A stretch of DNA of 64,000 bases from Tubiluchus corallicola (Eukaryota > Animalia > Priapulida). The stretch covers positions 372,001-436,000 of the forward strand of contig JAQGDQ010000108.1 of the NCBI GenBank assembly GCA_030141605.1, read 5' to 3'. Below the pieces are notes generated by a model. It was given only the letters and a program-made list of their open reading frames with translations. It was not told where the DNA came from and ran no database searches. Below are positions 1-10,908 of this stretch, piece after piece. A program made the translations under genes and the position numbers. Every line of letters starts with the position of its first letter. The stretch's first letter is position 1.

Positions 1-1456
1 TGACCACTTTAACCACCAGCCAAACGCGGAACCTACAGAATTTATACGACGCCTTGAAAGATTAGTGAGCATTTTAATAAATGTAACAGAAAGCCACAAC
101 AAACATACACTATCCAGTGTTCTAGCTATAGTGTTCTCTTACAAAATACTATAAATTGAATTCTTCAAATTGAAAAAAATTATTAAATTGTTTTGTAATT
201 GCAACAGGATTTCTTCGTCGTAGCCAAACTTATTGCACAGGCTGTCACATCAATCAGTCAATAATCTCCCAGTCAGCAACAGGCCATCAAAATTGTGAAC
301 AATCAGACCGAAATATTCATAATGCATAATATCCCTAGACATTTAGGAAGTAGAAAATTAGCACGAGGCAAAGCCAGTATTACTCCACATTAATTTCATC
401 AAATCTGTGAAACAAAGGCTACACAATTTAAAAAAAAATTGTGTCAGTAGCTAGAACACTGTTTTTAAGGTAACATGTATGCCACATATTATCAATGCCT
501 AAGTATAGGAGAGCAGTCCTACTGCAGCACAACCTAAATTTATTGTTGTAATACTGGACGATCAGGTGCACCAAAACAAAATGTAGGGGTTATTTTAAAA
601 CAACAACTATTTATTGTTGTTTCAGACAAAAAAATTATATGATTCTCCACACTAGAAGTCACAAAGATTTTTGAAAGCCCTTTGATTTCAAGAGCACCTT
701 CAGCAAGAGAAGCTTACCGTATCACAAAAATTAAGCGGTAACCAACATGTTATAAGTCTAAAGCAAGTTTGAGATGGATATGTTTTGAACTTTGGGAATT
801 TAAAAAGTAAGTTCTATTTGAAAAAATGGGTTTTTCAGACAGTGCTTGGAAAACAGTAAAAAATCTGTGCAATTTTAATAACAGATTACGGCAACAGGAT
901 TAATTTATAGAAATGCAATTTATTTTTGTGTCAGGTGAAGTCACGTGTACCACTGAGCGGAATCATAATGAACAAAAAATAGCTAAAAAAGGGTTTAAAT
1001 TTAGCATGCAGTTGTTAAAGACAATGAAAAAATAAATTTGCTATATTCAACAATTAAGAAGGACATCAGATTTTCTAATTTTTCATTTATAATACTTTTT
1101 TCAATTTAAACGATTTGTTTTGTGCTAAAGTAACTCGGATTATCTTGCTCTTTAATAAATTTAATCCTCACCCCAATGACTTAGGATGTCTTGTAAAAAT
1201 AATTTTTTATTTAAAAAAAATTAACTCTCTGAAATATGACATATAAATGCTAAAGTTTAGACGGGTTTTTGAACAGCTGCATATAAAGCTAGAACAATAA
1301 ACTATACTCCAAAAATGATGCACATTTCTAAAAAAAAACACTAAATAGCATATTTTCATACCTGCCAACTAACGCGACTGGATAAATTTTCAACTATAAG
1401 TCTGTAGTCTGTCCTTTGTGGTGGACCATAACGACTGAAACAGAGACGAAAAGTGT
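1..1456 (-). pseudogene. Partial duplicate of the SR-protein gene (exon 4 at 1362-1434 plus part of intron 4), 5'-truncated
   Basis: 1-1456 aligns to 32543-34004 with scattered substitutions and indels. The 73-nt exon ([24 protein letters not shown]) keeps its AG/GT and shows only one synonymous change. Similarity stops 22 nt upstream of the exon, so the RRM1 exons are absent. Confidence 0.85.
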
Positions 1457-1500
1457 TTAAAAGTTTAGCAATTTGCAAAACTTGAGAGCAAAAGTAAGTA

Positions 1501-1697
1501 CTGTATATACTTGTGTACAAGTCGGATTTTTGGGAGGCGATTATAAGGTGAAATTTTTGGGGTCAACTTATACTTTATGATATGTTTTTTTCGGATTCTG
1601 GCCGCAATATCCTAGGGTTAAAGGCATTACAAACAATTATGCGCGATGAAAGGCTAGGCTGTATTATCATGAATTGCATTGAGGGCCCTCAACATGA

Positions 1698-1735
<38 letters not shown>

Positions 1736-1948
1736 GGTAGGTATAATATATTCGGCCCAGGCACTTGCACGTATCTTACACACTAACACAGTAGGCTGTT
1801 GACTTATTACTTATTACTCGGCCATTGTTGATATCATTTACTCTGGAAGATCTTAATATTTTATGGTCGACTTGTACACAGGTAATATAGAAAATGATGC
1901 AATTTTTGGTCTTAAAATGCACATCGACTTGTACACGCGTATATACGG
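1501..1948. mobile_element. Non-autonomous Tc1/mariner-pogo-type DNA transposon (MITE)
   Basis: Imperfect TIRs CTGTATATACTTGTGTACAAGTCG / CGACTTGTACACGCGTATATACGG, flanked by TA on both sides (1499-1500, 1949-1950). Subterminal GGTCGACTTGTACAC-like repeats and an internal (TA)n. Confidence 0.75.
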
Positions 1949-2480
1949 TATATATTACACATACGCAATTTGGTTCTCCAATGAATAGATAAAAGCACAT
2001 GTTAAAAAATTTTACTCTTATTCAACTCACTACTACAGTTCTACTTTAAATATGTGAAACATCAAAGCATGGAATTGGTTTAACTCAAAAAAGCTTATAC
2101 TCAACTTGAGTAAATCCAAGAGCAATACAGAATTCAACTTTGCTAAGTTATACAGCCTGATGAAATGTTCAGAGCTAATCTCAGTAATCTGTAATTGCTT
2201 GATGTTTTGATCTATTATTAGAGATCTATTCTCTGTGGCACACTAGATTATTCAGTACTTGTTTACTGCTATGCCTGTATACAGAAGCAGCAACTATTTT
2301 TAGTTGCCACTCTTTCCACTTTCCACTACCTCAACTTTTTCTAAACAATCAAACTACCTGACTAAAGTTGCAGTCCTTGACCCAGTAAAGCTTTATCTTC
2401 ATTTGTATGCTATACTAGATTGGTAAGTTCAAGACCAGCTGCTTACTTGTGTTGCTAGTACTATACAAACTGATCACAGC

Positions 2481-3491
2481 ATGGCTAAAGTGTGTGTAAT
2501 AGGGGCTGGAGTCATTGGGCTCTCATCTGCTCTTGCAATTCAAAAAAAACTGCCTAGTGCCACGATAATAATCATAGCAGAAGTTTCTCCACAACTGACC
2601 AGTGACGTTGCTGCAGCTTTGTGGATGCCACATTTGCTACCAGAAACTCTAGCAAACCGTAAGTGGATTGCACGAACATTTCAGCACTTGTCTAGCCTGC
2701 TAAACACAGACTACCAGCCACAATGTGGTGTTACGCTTATTTTTGTCTATGAATTATTTAAACAACCTAACAATAAATTTCCATGGTGGAAAGACATCCC
2801 ATATGGGTGTAGGAAAGTTTCCGAAAAAGAACTGGCTGTCTTTCCAGGGCATAAAGATAGATTTCTCTATACAACAGTTCTGGCTGATACAAAATACTAC
2901 ATGCCTTGGTTGACACCAAAGTTTGTAAACAATGGTGGAATATTGATTAGAAAGAACATCAGCAGCTTTGAGGATCTTTCAGGACAATATGATATTGTCG
3001 TCAACTGTGCAGGTGTGGGGTCAAGATTTATTGCAAAAGATAAAAGTGTATTTCCTATCCAACGACAAGCTTTGAAAGTAGAAGCACCGTGGTTGAAGAT
3101 GGCTGTGATGTCAATAGACTCTAGTAAAAGCTATTATCCATATATAATCCCTGGCATAGATGCCGTAACATTGGGAGCAAGCCAAGATAAGGACAAATGG
3201 GACATTCAGGTAAACCCATTAAGAAGCAAACAAATTTTTGAAGATTGTGGTAAGCTCTGCCATAGTTTAAAAGATGACAAAATACCCAAAAAAACTGTTG
3301 GACTAAGACCATGGAGGCCATCAGTTAGACTAGAATACGAATACATAACTACAAATAGGAAGCCAGTACATGTTGTGCACAATTATGGGCACGGTGGATC
3401 TGGTTATACATTACATTGGGGCTGCGCTGTTGATGTTGCAAACCTAGTTAATCGGGTTTTGCTAAAACCACGTCAGAAAGCAAAATTGTGA
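2481..3491 (+). CDS. DAO: D-amino-acid oxidase / D-aspartate oxidase family flavoenzyme, paralog A copy 1 (intronless CDS, open but carrying suspect substitutions)
   Basis: 336 aa with VIGAGVIGLS FAD motif, TSDVAA, VVNCAG, YIIPG, GLRP, HNYGHGGSG and C-terminal PTS1 AKL. Differs from copy 2 by IQGQ>IQRQ, KDGF>KDRF, DAKIL>DDKIP and GLRPG>GLRPW. Confidence 0.85.
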   Translation: MAKVCVIGAGVIGLSSALAIQKKLPSATIIIIAEVSPQLTSDVAAALWMPHLLPETLANRKWIARTFQHLSSLLNTDYQPQCGVTLIFVYELFKQPNNKFPWWKDIPYGCRKVSEKELAVFPGHKDRFLYTTVLADTKYYMPWLTPKFVNNGGILIRKNISSFEDLSGQYDIVVNCAGVGSRFIAKDKSVFPIQRQALKVEAPWLKMAVMSIDSSKSYYPYIIPGIDAVTLGASQDKDKWDIQVNPLRSKQIFEDCGKLCHSLKDDKIPKKTVGLRPWRPSVRLEYEYITTNRKPVHVVHNYGHGGSGYTLHWGCAVDVANLVNRVLLKPRQKAKL

Positions 3492-4139
3492 ATAAGGCCA
3501 TTTTTTAAGTTTTCCAGAAAGATTGTAAACTGTATCATGCTGAAAAGCTGATAATAATGAAACTATTTGGAAAAATACCATCTAACTAAAACATTTTTGT
3601 AAAGGTTGTCTAGGTAATTATTTATTACATTGTGTAGTATGCTGATAATGAGAAAAAACTTTTGTGGTAAACCAAGCAAGTGCATAGTTTAGGGTGCATT
3701 TATTTACCTAGCTTGCCTACAGTGGGGATTAAGTGCACACAAAGGTAAGCTCTTATCTTATAAGTGTCAATATGCACATGTAGGGGTGAATGTTTGATGA
3801 TCACATACAAATTTTTTACAAGGACATTTCATTTTGCGAAATTTTTGGTTGTGAACTGTACTTTGGTTGTGTTTACTGTGTTAGTTTGCATAAAAACAAA
3901 CTTTAACTTGCATTGTGTTACATACTACTAAACTTGATGTTAGAATAGCAGCACGACAAAAAACTCCGTGAAACAAATTTTCACTGGAGTTTTTCTAATA
4001 CCATCTCTGGTGGATGCCATGAAATTGGACTATGCCTCTCTGTCCTTGAATTTATAACAGTTTACGCTTGAGGTTCAGCCAGTATTACGCACAGTACAGT
4101 CTGACTGGTGTGATTGTGTGACCTATGTAAAGACTCACA

Positions 4140-5084
4140 AGTGCAAAAGTGACAATCGTAGCAGAAAGTTTCTCTCCTAACCTAACAAGTGATGTTGCAG
4201 CAGGTTTCTGGGAACCACACCTATTAGGAGACACCAACGTCGAACTGCAGCGCAAATGGTCAACACAAACATTCCATCATCTAGTACGATTACTAAACTC
4301 TGATCAGCAAAAACAATGCGGAGTTATGCTAATCACAGCATACCAGTTTTCTGAGAACAATGATCCAGATGTTCCCTGGTGGACAAATGTTGTACTCGGT
4401 TTCCGGAGAGTCACAAAACTGGAACTCAATGCTTATCCAGGCCATAAAAATGGTTTTCAATACACTACAGTTTTGGCTGATCCAAAATACTACATGCCCT
4501 GGTTGACAAAGAAATTTCTCACTAATGGCGGAAAAATGGTTAAAGGAAGAATCAGTAACTTTCAATAACTGTTTGGAGATTATGACATAGCGGTGAACTG
4601 CACAGGCGTCGGATCTAAATTTCTTGCCAGCGACAATGATGTAATTCCGATTCGTGGGCAAGTATTGAAAGTGGAAGCACCGTGGGTGAAAATGGCAATG
4701 ATATCTGTGACTGAAAACACAAATGAAAAGACTTTTCCGTATATAATTCCTGGAATAGATGCCGTAACATTGGGAGGGACGCATGAAGAGGGACAATGGG
4801 AAATGGCAGCCAATGAAGACATAAGTGCGAACATATTACGGAAATGCACAAAGCTTTGCCCAAGCCTGAAACATGCCAAAGTGCTTAAAACAGCTGTTGG
4901 CCTGAGACCAGGAAGATCATCGGTCAGATTAGAGTATGAAAAAATGTCTACAGACAAGGGACTAGTACATGTAGTGCATAATTATGGACACGGGGGGTTC
5001 GGGTACACTGTACATTGGGGTTGTGCCGTTGAGGCAGCAAATCTGGTTAATCAGATTTTACTGAAACCATTAGCAAAGTTGTGA
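4140..5084 (+). pseudogene. DAO: D-amino-acid oxidase family paralog B copy 1, pseudogene
   Basis: Nearly identical to 20130-21149, but about 138 bp including the ATG and GxGxxG motif are replaced by 3 nt at 4137-4139. CAA>TAA nonsense at 4566-4568, and HGGSG>HGGFG. Confidence 0.9.
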
Positions 5085-8049
5085 GTTTTAAAACTATGTA
5101 ACACAAACTGTAAAACGCATGTGCGTTATAAACTACGTTTTAATATTAAACTAATGTAGACAAACATAAATGCAGGCTAATTTATAGTACATCACTTTGT
5201 GAAGCCCACAGACTGACAAAAAGTCTTGAATATGTTTTGCAAAAACAAACAAGATAAAAAATAACGAATGGAACAAATGATTTTAATTTAAATTTCTGTA
5301 GGCTTATAGACTTTTGTTATTTGCTACATTAATGTTGTGCTTGTGTTAACATTATGCTTTGTTATTAAAAATCGAGTTTAAACGACTCCAAAAGCAGCGT
5401 AACTTAAGAAAAACATTTGATAATATTTTTGTTGCGAATACTAGTTAAATGACAAGTAGTTTAGAGAGAACGCTGGTGTTAGAGAGTTTTGTCATAGGTA
5501 ATGTCAGTGTTTTGCATTATGATTAATAAATCTATAGTCATAAAATTCTTACAGTAAAAATATTGTAGAATAATATTACTTTAGGAAACAGTAAAAATGT
5601 TGTAGAATAATATTACTTTAAGAAAAAAATTTGCTCAGATAAAGTTGATTGTACTTGGAGTGGATGCTTACCGCTTGCCCACAAGACAGGTTATATTTTC
5701 TATAGTTCTACATCAGGTATGGCCACTTTCACACTTGCTACGGTTTCCGAAGCTTCATAAACCAATAAACCTAACCTATAAGTGTTGAATCGATGTTGTT
5801 GCTGTGATAGCGCCCTATTTTCATGCCCTATCCGACGTACTACTGTCCAAGCTTGATCTTTTATTTTGAATGGCTGCGCAAGCCAAATAAACACTGGTTT
5901 ATCTAACAATTTTTATTCTTAACAGTTAGATCAATTTCAACACGTTGCCCATTATAATCTTGAGATTATTTGAACTTAAAATACTTCTTTAAGAGATGAA
6001 GCAGTTTAATTTTGCATACGTACAGTTGTGAAATCGGTACAGGTAACCTAGTTACGTTTAACGCATACTTGCCTCTCGTTGGTTATTTTAAAAATGCATA
6101 AACACAGGTGATTCGCACATGTCGTGAAGAAGTGAATTTCTCGATCTAGCTAGACATTTGATACTTGGTTTTTGAGCGTATCGTAACGTGTGGCAGGCAC
6201 GTCTAAAGTCTGACGACATTGCTCAGTCTGAACATTTCTTTAACGAGATTGAGGTGCTTTGATTTATACTATTATGGAACTTCCTCTGATGTTATAAGCG
6301 GAGTAGAAACGGTCTGGTTGTTAATATGGTTAATGGAATACGGAACTTAATCTAGACTTGTATTGGTGAGACTCCCAGCAAGTTGGCAGACGGAGTCAAG
6401 CAAGTTAGACTGTCCTATCACGAGGAAGCTGCAGCTACCTTGTCAGTGGTGAGGCGAAGAGGCGGCGATCCGTGAGGTTAGCTGCCAGCAGCTGTCGGAT
6501 CTTGGGGGAATGACCATGCAGGTCAAGGTAAAAGACGGCAACCTTGTTAACCGTCAGTGACAACAACATCACACAGTCCGTCAGTGACAACAGCATCACA
6601 GACAATCAAAATAAGACAATAAAGATTTCTTGCTATGAGTTTACTATCGATTATTATGTGTCTGTATTGGTACATGTATTCATTTATGTGAAACTCAGGC
6701 ACAATATTACCCAAGAAACGCCTTCTTGGGGTCTGTACTTGATGACTGAACTCATTAATTGTCAGACTTGTTGCATCTTGTTTTTCGGAGATCATGCCAA
6801 TGGGTAAAATGAATAACCATAATAAAGTTTCGATTTTTATTCGGTTATATACCTTATAATTTTATGACAATTACGTGTAGCAGACATTTAACACTAACGC
6901 AAATAACTGTTGAAAATCCATCAAGTTTTTGAAATTACTGAGGCCTAAATTATAATTTGCTCGATTTTTCAAAAATGCTTATCCATACGACGGATAAATC
7001 ACTAAAATATTATTCAGCTTCTGAGATCTCCGTAATCTAATTCCCGAATGTAATTAAGCGACCACCCTCATCAAGCTCTTTAAATTATACTTCTGAGTTT
7101 TCCTATCATATACGATTCCAAGAAAGCGGTAGTTATTGGCATTATGGTGTTTCTACTGCTACGTACATCCGCAGATTTCATTGCTTTATGATAAGTTACA
7201 AATTTACAAATATATAATATACTGTATGTATAATACATTAGCATACGCTGCTGGAAAGAAAAAACGGATATGAGAATTTGTTTTAGACTCCAACATGGAA
7301 ACGATAAAGCACTTTACGCGGCTGATGTTTCTAAATTTTAAATGAAATTAACTCGTTTCGTATTTTTCAGGAACAATTGGTATAAAACTTTGTGAAATAA
7401 GATGTAGGCCCAACTTGTTGAAGAATGGCTTTAGAAACATTATGATTAAGAAATCTCATTTCATTGTAATATTTGTCAATTAGGCTTGACGAACACACTG
7501 AATATCAATAAGCAGTTGTACTTGAACTAATTAATAATACGGTAAACAGTGTAAGCATTTTAATTCTTTCTTAACTATTCTATTTCGGATATCACTTGAG
7601 TGCAAACACGTAGACGTAAAATTAATTACTTCTAATTTTAACATCTTTCGAACACTGTCGGCTGTAGGGAATGCAATCACATTATCATGTACTTGTCATG
7701 TACTCCATAACTTTACTATCTTCTGCTCCAAGTAAAAAGCATAGAACATTTAAAATGGAACTCACACTCCCTCTATCCTACTAATATCTATACTAATTAA
7801 AAATGATTTAGCTATGCCTGACAATACATTGTGACACATAAAACAAAGTTTAAAAGTCAAGTTGACAGCAAATTGTTATAGAAATGCGCACAATAAAAAG
7901 AAATAAAATCCAAAGTATTAAATAACTCTGTAATAGTTATATGATATATATATATATATATATATGACTATTATATAACTATATATATAGTTATATAGCT
8001 ATATTGTTTTGTTTCGACTAATTAATCTTTGCAGTGACATTAATATATT

Positions 8050-9645
8050 TCACGTTGTGTTCACAACATTATTTAATCTCTTGAAATACTGTTTCATTAA
8101 TGTGAACAGAAACTCTATCCATTCACATACGGCAATAGCTGAGAGACCAATGAAGAGTCCAGCTAATCCACCAATATCAGATGCCCAATCTGTCAATGTG
8201 TAAGCAATACGCTCTTCAAGCTGTTCAGTAACTGCAGCAGAAACTCGGACTTTGATTGTGTTCCACTTCATAGGATAAATCATTTCTCTGAACTGCCTGT
8301 GCAAATTTGCCACAGTGCTGTCATTTTCATATCCCCATTCCGCACGCAATGCTATGGCTAGCTCTAACAGATTTTGCTGCTGAGCCTCATACACAATATA
8401 TGGCTTTAGCAGTCGTTTCGACAGCATGTCATCTCTGTATAATAATCGACCACCAGTCCTCCATATGTCTAACTCATAGTTATACTCAGTGCACGGTGAT
8501 GGGCACCCGCATTTCTCTATGTCCACTGTGTCATAAATACGTTCAAAAAGGCATGAACAAGCTAAAGACTCTGACTGATTAGGTGACCTAATACACGCAT
8601 CCCTGCAAAATGATACATCATCTTTACCAGTAATGTGTTTCACAAAACCACTGTGCTTTGGAAAATCAGAAAGTGTACATCCGCAGACTTCTAATGCAAA
8701 GCGAATCCAACAAGTCCACTGGCATTTAACCTTAGAATAGTCATAATTTTTTGCTGATGCATAAATGTCAAAATGTTCATATCTTTCTTTCATTGTCTCC
8801 TTCTCATACTCGATACATGAGCCCCCATCTTTTTTTGACAAGTGGACCTGTGAAATGTTGTTTACTATTATTTCGACTAGCTCGCCACCAGTTGTAAACT
8901 TCCAATCAGGTCCAGGATACAGTTTAGGTGAATGAACATCAAAATAATAGCCAATCATAACGTATTCATCATAGTCATGGCCTTGACGGTTTAGTGGTGT
9001 TAATGTTGCCAATAGAGCAATTGATGTTTCAAGTTTAATATGCAAAATCAGGGGTAAATCCTTTGCTCTTACATATCTGTCACTAACCAAGTGCGTGCTT
9101 GACGGATAAGCTGTGACACAGTTCAAACCATCGTACACTGCATTCTCTATTGAACAGTTCCTCTGTGAAAGAAATTGTTGACCAAACGAGCAGCTCACTT
9201 TGTTTCTAAAAAAATTGTTGCTGGCCACTGAATGTCCCTGATTTCCTATGGATGCAATATTCATAGCCGATTCAACACTTTTCCTTTGTCGTACGATAAG
9301 CTCATCCAAAATTGGTAAAATGTCAGCAACAAGTATGCCATAACGACTTGCATCGCACACTGATAGAGCTGGGTATTCTAGTAGCTCATTATGCACTGGA
9401 ACCATCTTTATTTGTGTGGTTCTGCTCAGGTATTTGGACAACTGTATTCCAGCCATGAGTAAAAAAGCGATGCTAGCAGCAACGAATAAGAAGCTCCAAA
9501 TTAAACGTGCAAATTGTGTTCTTGCACCACCAATGTTCCCAATGCCATGTGTAGCCGACTTCTGACTGAAATCTGTAAGAACCTCCCAAAATGAGGAATG
9601 CGACCTTCCTGTATCAACTGGTTTTGACATTTTAGTTGTGAACAT
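8050..9645 (-). CDS. DEG/ENaC (ASIC/amiloride-sensitive sodium channel superfamily) subunit, copy 1, intronless CDS
   Basis: 531 aa with N-terminal THG gating motif, TM1 (LIWSFLFVAASIAFLL), post-TM1 YPALSVC, a Cys-rich thumb (CQWTC..CGC..CGCPSPCTEYNY) and pre-TM2/TM2 SDIGGLAGLFIGLS with the GxS filter. Confidence 0.92.
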   Translation of the reverse strand: MFTTKMSKPVDTGRSHSSFWEVLTDFSQKSATHGIGNIGGARTQFARLIWSFLFVAASIAFLLMAGIQLSKYLSRTTQIKMVPVHNELLEYPALSVCDASRYGILVADILPILDELIVRQRKSVESAMNIASIGNQGHSVASNNFFRNKVSCSFGQQFLSQRNCSIENAVYDGLNCVTAYPSSTHLVSDRYVRAKDLPLILHIKLETSIALLATLTPLNRQGHDYDEYVMIGYYFDVHSPKLYPGPDWKFTTGGELVEIIVNNISQVHLSKKDGGSCIEYEKETMKERYEHFDIYASAKNYDYSKVKCQWTCWIRFALEVCGCTLSDFPKHSGFVKHITGKDDVSFCRDACIRSPNQSESLACSCLFERIYDTVDIEKCGCPSPCTEYNYELDIWRTGGRLLYRDDMLSKRLLKPYIVYEAQQQNLLELAIALRAEWGYENDSTVANLHRQFREMIYPMKWNTIKVRVSAAVTEQLEERIAYTLTDWASDIGGLAGLFIGLSAIAVCEWIEFLFTLMKQYFKRLNNVVNTT

Positions 9646-10908
9646 ATAGTTTGCAAGAATGTTTGCGACAACTTAGAAAAAAATTCCCCTATTTTCTCGC
9701 ACAAATAAATGACAAATTAATAATCATGGCCATTTGTGTTCACAAACAATAAGAAAATAAAATATTATCGACTGTTACTGTTTTTGCGCAAGCACCCACA
9801 GCAGGCACTTACTAATTGCAACGATATTGCCGTCTTTCTCTATTTGTCAATGGTTTATTTTATTTCCCTGCTTTACTTTACCGATAATGGCTTGGTATTG
9901 TGAGCTCTCTAACAGCCGACTTCATTCAGTTGACATTATTTATTACAGCATAGTGTTTTCTGTTATCACATCTGAGTTTACAGAAGTGCCTGTAATGTAT
10001 CCTTGCTGTTGTTACAAAAGTCAGCAAACCTGCATGATGCTTCTACGCTAATTGTTTGCTGCTATGAGTTCTGTGAATGGTGTTTTCACTTTTAATACAA
10101 ACCTTTTTGATACAACGCAAATGATGTTTAAAGTAATGGACAATGGTTAGGAAGTGAGAATGTGAATACCTTACAAACAGATGAGGTAACAACCATGAAA
10201 AATTGTTTAGACATTTTGTTCACTGTAATTCGGGTCAGGTACAAGTTATTCCAGTCCATTTCAGAAATTCCCACTAAATGAGATTACTTTTATGATTTAC
10301 AAAAACAACAATATTTTGTAACTTCTTCAATACAACACACCGCGACCCAAGTCCTATTAAACCCGTTTCTAGTACTTCATACTATTCAAATATATCTTCA
10401 GTAGTCCTAACAAGCATTTTAAACAAGTCAGTATTCAGGTTTTGTAAGTTTTTAATTCTATCAGACTCTTAATAGGCCGATTCTGATCATTTGACATTTT
10501 ATAGTAAACAAACTGAACTTACTGCAGTTCTTGTAGTGACTGGTTTCATTTTGTAATTTTAATATGAAGAAGCACAAATACATACGTGTAGTCTTAAACA
10601 GCTTCAGATATACTAATAAAAGCAAATATCAGTGCAAATCAGAACTTCTCTCTAAAACGTAATTCCACTTTAATAAGCTTCTAACAATATATAGCAGAGT
10701 GCTGCATGCAACCCATGGAAATAGCACATATAACACATACATGTAGTAGTATTTTTATATACGAGCTATAATATGCCAGCAGTCTTTAAAATAACATCCC
10801 AGCTGAATTTCTTGTAGCAAAACATTTTTGATACTTATAACACTATGCGAGAATTTTTAACAGAATATTTCCATTGGCAAGTAGGCTTATAATTCAATTC
10901 AATGCGCA

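Noticed and set aside
2423-2479. Short 5'UTR intron (GTAAGT..CACAG) just before the DAO-A1 ATG
   Set aside because: The AG is AA in the better-conserved copy 2 and the polypyrimidine tract is poor. It cannot be supported without transcripts.
4566-4568. Possible programmed readthrough of the in-frame TAA in DAO-B1
   Set aside because: The paralog has CAA here and this copy also lacks its start and FAD motif, so simple pseudogenisation explains it.
4329-4957. Antisense ORFs of 125-155 aa over DAO-B (also 20394-21022), and short ORFs over the channels and LINE
   Set aside because: Shadow frames of real coding sequence. They recur only because the region is duplicated, and show no recognisable motifs.
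5551-5623. 37-bp tandem repeat (and the 27-bp repeat at about 6551-6600, and 16-bp at about 51649-51680) as CRISPR-like or functional arrays
   Set aside because: Only two adjacent copies without spacers in a eukaryotic genome; ordinary slippage duplications.
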